From: Tubiluchus corallicola
Taxonomy: Eukaryota; Animalia; Priapulida
DNA length: 64,000 nucleotides
Direction: 5' to 3'
Assembly (NCBI GenBank): GCA_030141605.1
Contig: JAQGDQ010000590.1
Coordinates: forward strand, 62,001-126,000
In this document: positions 61,560 to 64,000 of the stretch, piece by piece
Position numbering within the stretch: the first letter of the stretch is position 1
Layout of the letters: every line of letters starts with the position of its first letter
Notes under the pieces: generated by a model
What the model was told of the DNA's origin: nothing
Databases searched by the model: none
What the model saw: only the letters and a program-made list of their open reading frames with translations
Position numbers and translations under genes: made by a program

Positions 61560-61675
61560 CTCAGACCGTGGCGCCACGTAATGGGGAAAATAGTGCACAG
61601 ACCGTGGCGCCACGTAATGGGGAAAATAGTGTACAGACTGTGGCGCCACGTAATGGGGAAAATAGTGTACAGACG
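61560..61675. repeat. 36-bp tandem repeat, 3 copies
   Basis: cagaccgtggcgccacgtaatggggaaaatagtgta. Confidence 0.85.
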
Positions 61676-62493
61676 TCCGGTTGGTCGGCAGGTTTCTCAA
61701 CAAGTCCTGTTCACCACAAAGAGCAAGAAACGGGCTCCTGACGACTGGTATCGGTCGCTCACCACCAGCGTACTCTCACCATTGGTACTCAGAACTCCAA
61801 GCATCACTTATGGCTGACTCATATGGCAATCCTCTCAAGCAATGACTCTAATAACTCTAAGGCTGACGTCCACCACCTCGATGGTCTCACCAGGTGTGGT
61901 TATTTAACAGTCCATCAAATACGGCCACTAATCACCATCTCATAGCGGGTGAACTACGTTCCTCCGTAACAATTACACTACAACTAGTTCTTGCACCTAG
62001 CGCTTCATTCATTAGTGTAATTACGAAACAATAAAGGTTCAAAGCATCAAACTGCTGACAATCGGTCTACGTTTGTCTGAACTAGTTAAAGGTGAAGGTA
62101 TTTCAACCACTTTTGACCGTTACATAGCCCGGATTGACTGTCTATTTTCACACGGGTAACGGTGATTAGATAATAGGTCAGTGTCAAGCAAGTGCTTCAT
62201 AGAATGAGCGATTACCACTGTAAGGGGGGAAGCTAGAACAAACTAAATGTCTATTACTGTCTAGGTTCCAAGAAGGTTATAAAAGCGGGGTTTCTAATAT
62301 CAGGTGGCTACAGAGTAATAACAAAAATGGTGCAAGGGAAATATACCCCTAACTGATGCCGGTATTGAAAAGAGGCACCTTTGGTCTATGGGGCGTCACA
62401 CGCATCTATAATGAGCACATTCCTGAAAATAAGAGCCCTTACTTCATCTTAAATGATTACATATCGTAGTGTTGCCATTCGTGTTATTTTCAG

Positions 62494-62682
62494 CTGGAAG
62501 GGATGCCACTGGGCATGAGTGATGGCACCATACCAAATGAAGCAATTTCTGGAACGCTTTCACACGGGGGCGAGAATAACGCCAGATTAGAAGGTCCTCC
62601 TTACGGATGGCGTATGTATACTGGAGCCGTGCTAACTATACAACTAGGAGGACCTCGAACCATCACTGGAATTACTACGCAC
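62494..62682 (+). CDS. Exon encoding the N-terminal half of an F5/8 type C (discoidin) domain; the gene continues beyond the window
   Basis: ttttcag|ctg...cac|gtatgt, 189 nt, phase 0-0; PLGMSDGTIPNEAISGT...ARL...W...LTIQLGGPRTITGITT matches the FA58C pattern. Confidence 0.8.
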
Positions 62683-63450
62683 GTATGTTTTTTGCCACAA
62701 TAGTATTCTCACGAGTGCTCTCATGAATGCGCGAATGTTTGGTACAAGCAAATTTGGTACGAGGAAAGTTTGATACTGATTTGGTAGTATGAATTTTTAG
62801 TACGTGGTACTATGGTAGATGTAAATTTGGTACTGTCATTTTAAGTACAAGGAATTTTTGGTACTAGAAAAATGTGGTACGAGGAAAATATGATACCAGG
62901 ATTGTTTAGTACTCAGAAATATTGATACAGAAAGGTATTGGTACTAAAAAGATGTGGTACGAGGAAAATATGGTACCAGGATTGCTTTGTACTCAGAAAT
63001 ATTGGTACATAAAAGTTCTGGTACTAGAAAAATGTGGTGCGAGGAAAAATTCGTACAAGGAAAGTTTGGTATTGGAAAATTTGGTACTAAACGAAAAAGG
63101 GAACATTTCTATACCTCAGGACAAAATAATTGCTTCAAATAGAAAATAGAAAATTTTGGCAAGAGAACCTTTTGAGAAGGAAGCCTATATGTAAGCGATT
63201 AAACTTCTAATTTTATATGAATCCAAAAACTAGTTTACATCGAGTTAAATGTATACTATGAAACAGGTTGCCAAGGGCAGATCCATGCAACCATGAATAT
63301 ACACTCTAACTCGAGAAGCGCCATACTGGCGTTGTTCTCCACATCCGTGACGTCATACTAAAACTTTCGCAGTGACGTCATACTAATTTTTTCGTTCACC
63401 GCATCTAGTGGATTCAAGTAGTTGAGGACAAAACTGTGATTTGTACTTAA

Positions 63451-64000
63451 CGGACAAGAAAAGGGGTACCTAAAGTAGGGTTCAGAAAAATCGCCTTAAA
63501 AAATTATATTACATTTTTATGCGTATAGAGTACTCGTGTTGAAAGGTTTTTTTGTTTGTTTTCATTTTAAATCTCCCGCAGTACTGTTCTGACGCGCCAT
63601 TACATGACGTCACCTACGCAAACGTAAATCAGGGGAAGAAAAGGAAATGTTAAATTATGTGCCAAAAACTTTTCTTATAAAGTTATATTACTTAGCATTT
63701 CGCTTACCTGCTTGAAAGACTTAGGTAACTAGAAAAGAAAAGTATTAATTATTTAAAATGCTTTCACCAACTGGTAAAATGTCGCTGACTCACCCTCCAG
63801 GGTGCACCACTCACTAACCAAAAACGTATCTTTAATTTTATTGACGAGATACAGTAATTTAAAATTTTACTTAGTTACTGACATGCGTGCTACGAATGCT
63901 GCGATCATTTTTCAAACTTTACACAATGTTATCTAAACTGTCATCGTGGGAGTTTAAATTTACAAATTTTATGTACCGTTACTGCCGACGCAACCCCTGC
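63451..64000 (+). mobile_element. Dispersed element family C copy
   Basis: 'ggacaagaaaaggggtacctaaagtagg...' colinear with the copy at 57374. Confidence 0.6.

Noticed and set aside
61500-62450. Possible LTR with a tggcgcc primer-binding-like site
   Set aside because: No second LTR, TSD or gag/pol sequence is visible in the window

Overview
AT-rich, intron- and repeat-rich eukaryotic DNA that looks like an invertebrate animal; the species cannot be determined from the sequence. It is not prokaryotic, and I found no CRISPR array, rRNA or tRNA. By hand I reconstructed: (1) the last 20 coding exons (326..31755, +) of a long coiled-coil gene, all GT-AG and phase-compatible, about 780 aa in the window, resembling the Ellis-van Creveld protein EVC; (2) an intact intronless copine (22480..24120, +) nested on the SAME strand inside intron 20742..27222 of that gene; (3) a 3-coding-exon spondin/mindin-like gene on the minus strand (39062..33533); (4) an intronless BTB-BACK gene with a MATH-like tail (50040..48763, -) followed by two decayed partial copies; (5) a broken OTU-protease plus Cys-rich (CXC-like) remnant; (6) an F5/8 type C (discoidin) exon near the end, with uncertain upstream exons. 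Introns are full of minisatellites, TTAA-flanked (Kolobok-like) elements, hAT/Tigger-like MITEs and a LINE 3' end. The most unusual signals are the same-strand nested copine and a tandem duplication of a splice acceptor that creates four in-frame acceptors 63 nt apart. All family assignments come from recalled motifs, not database searches.
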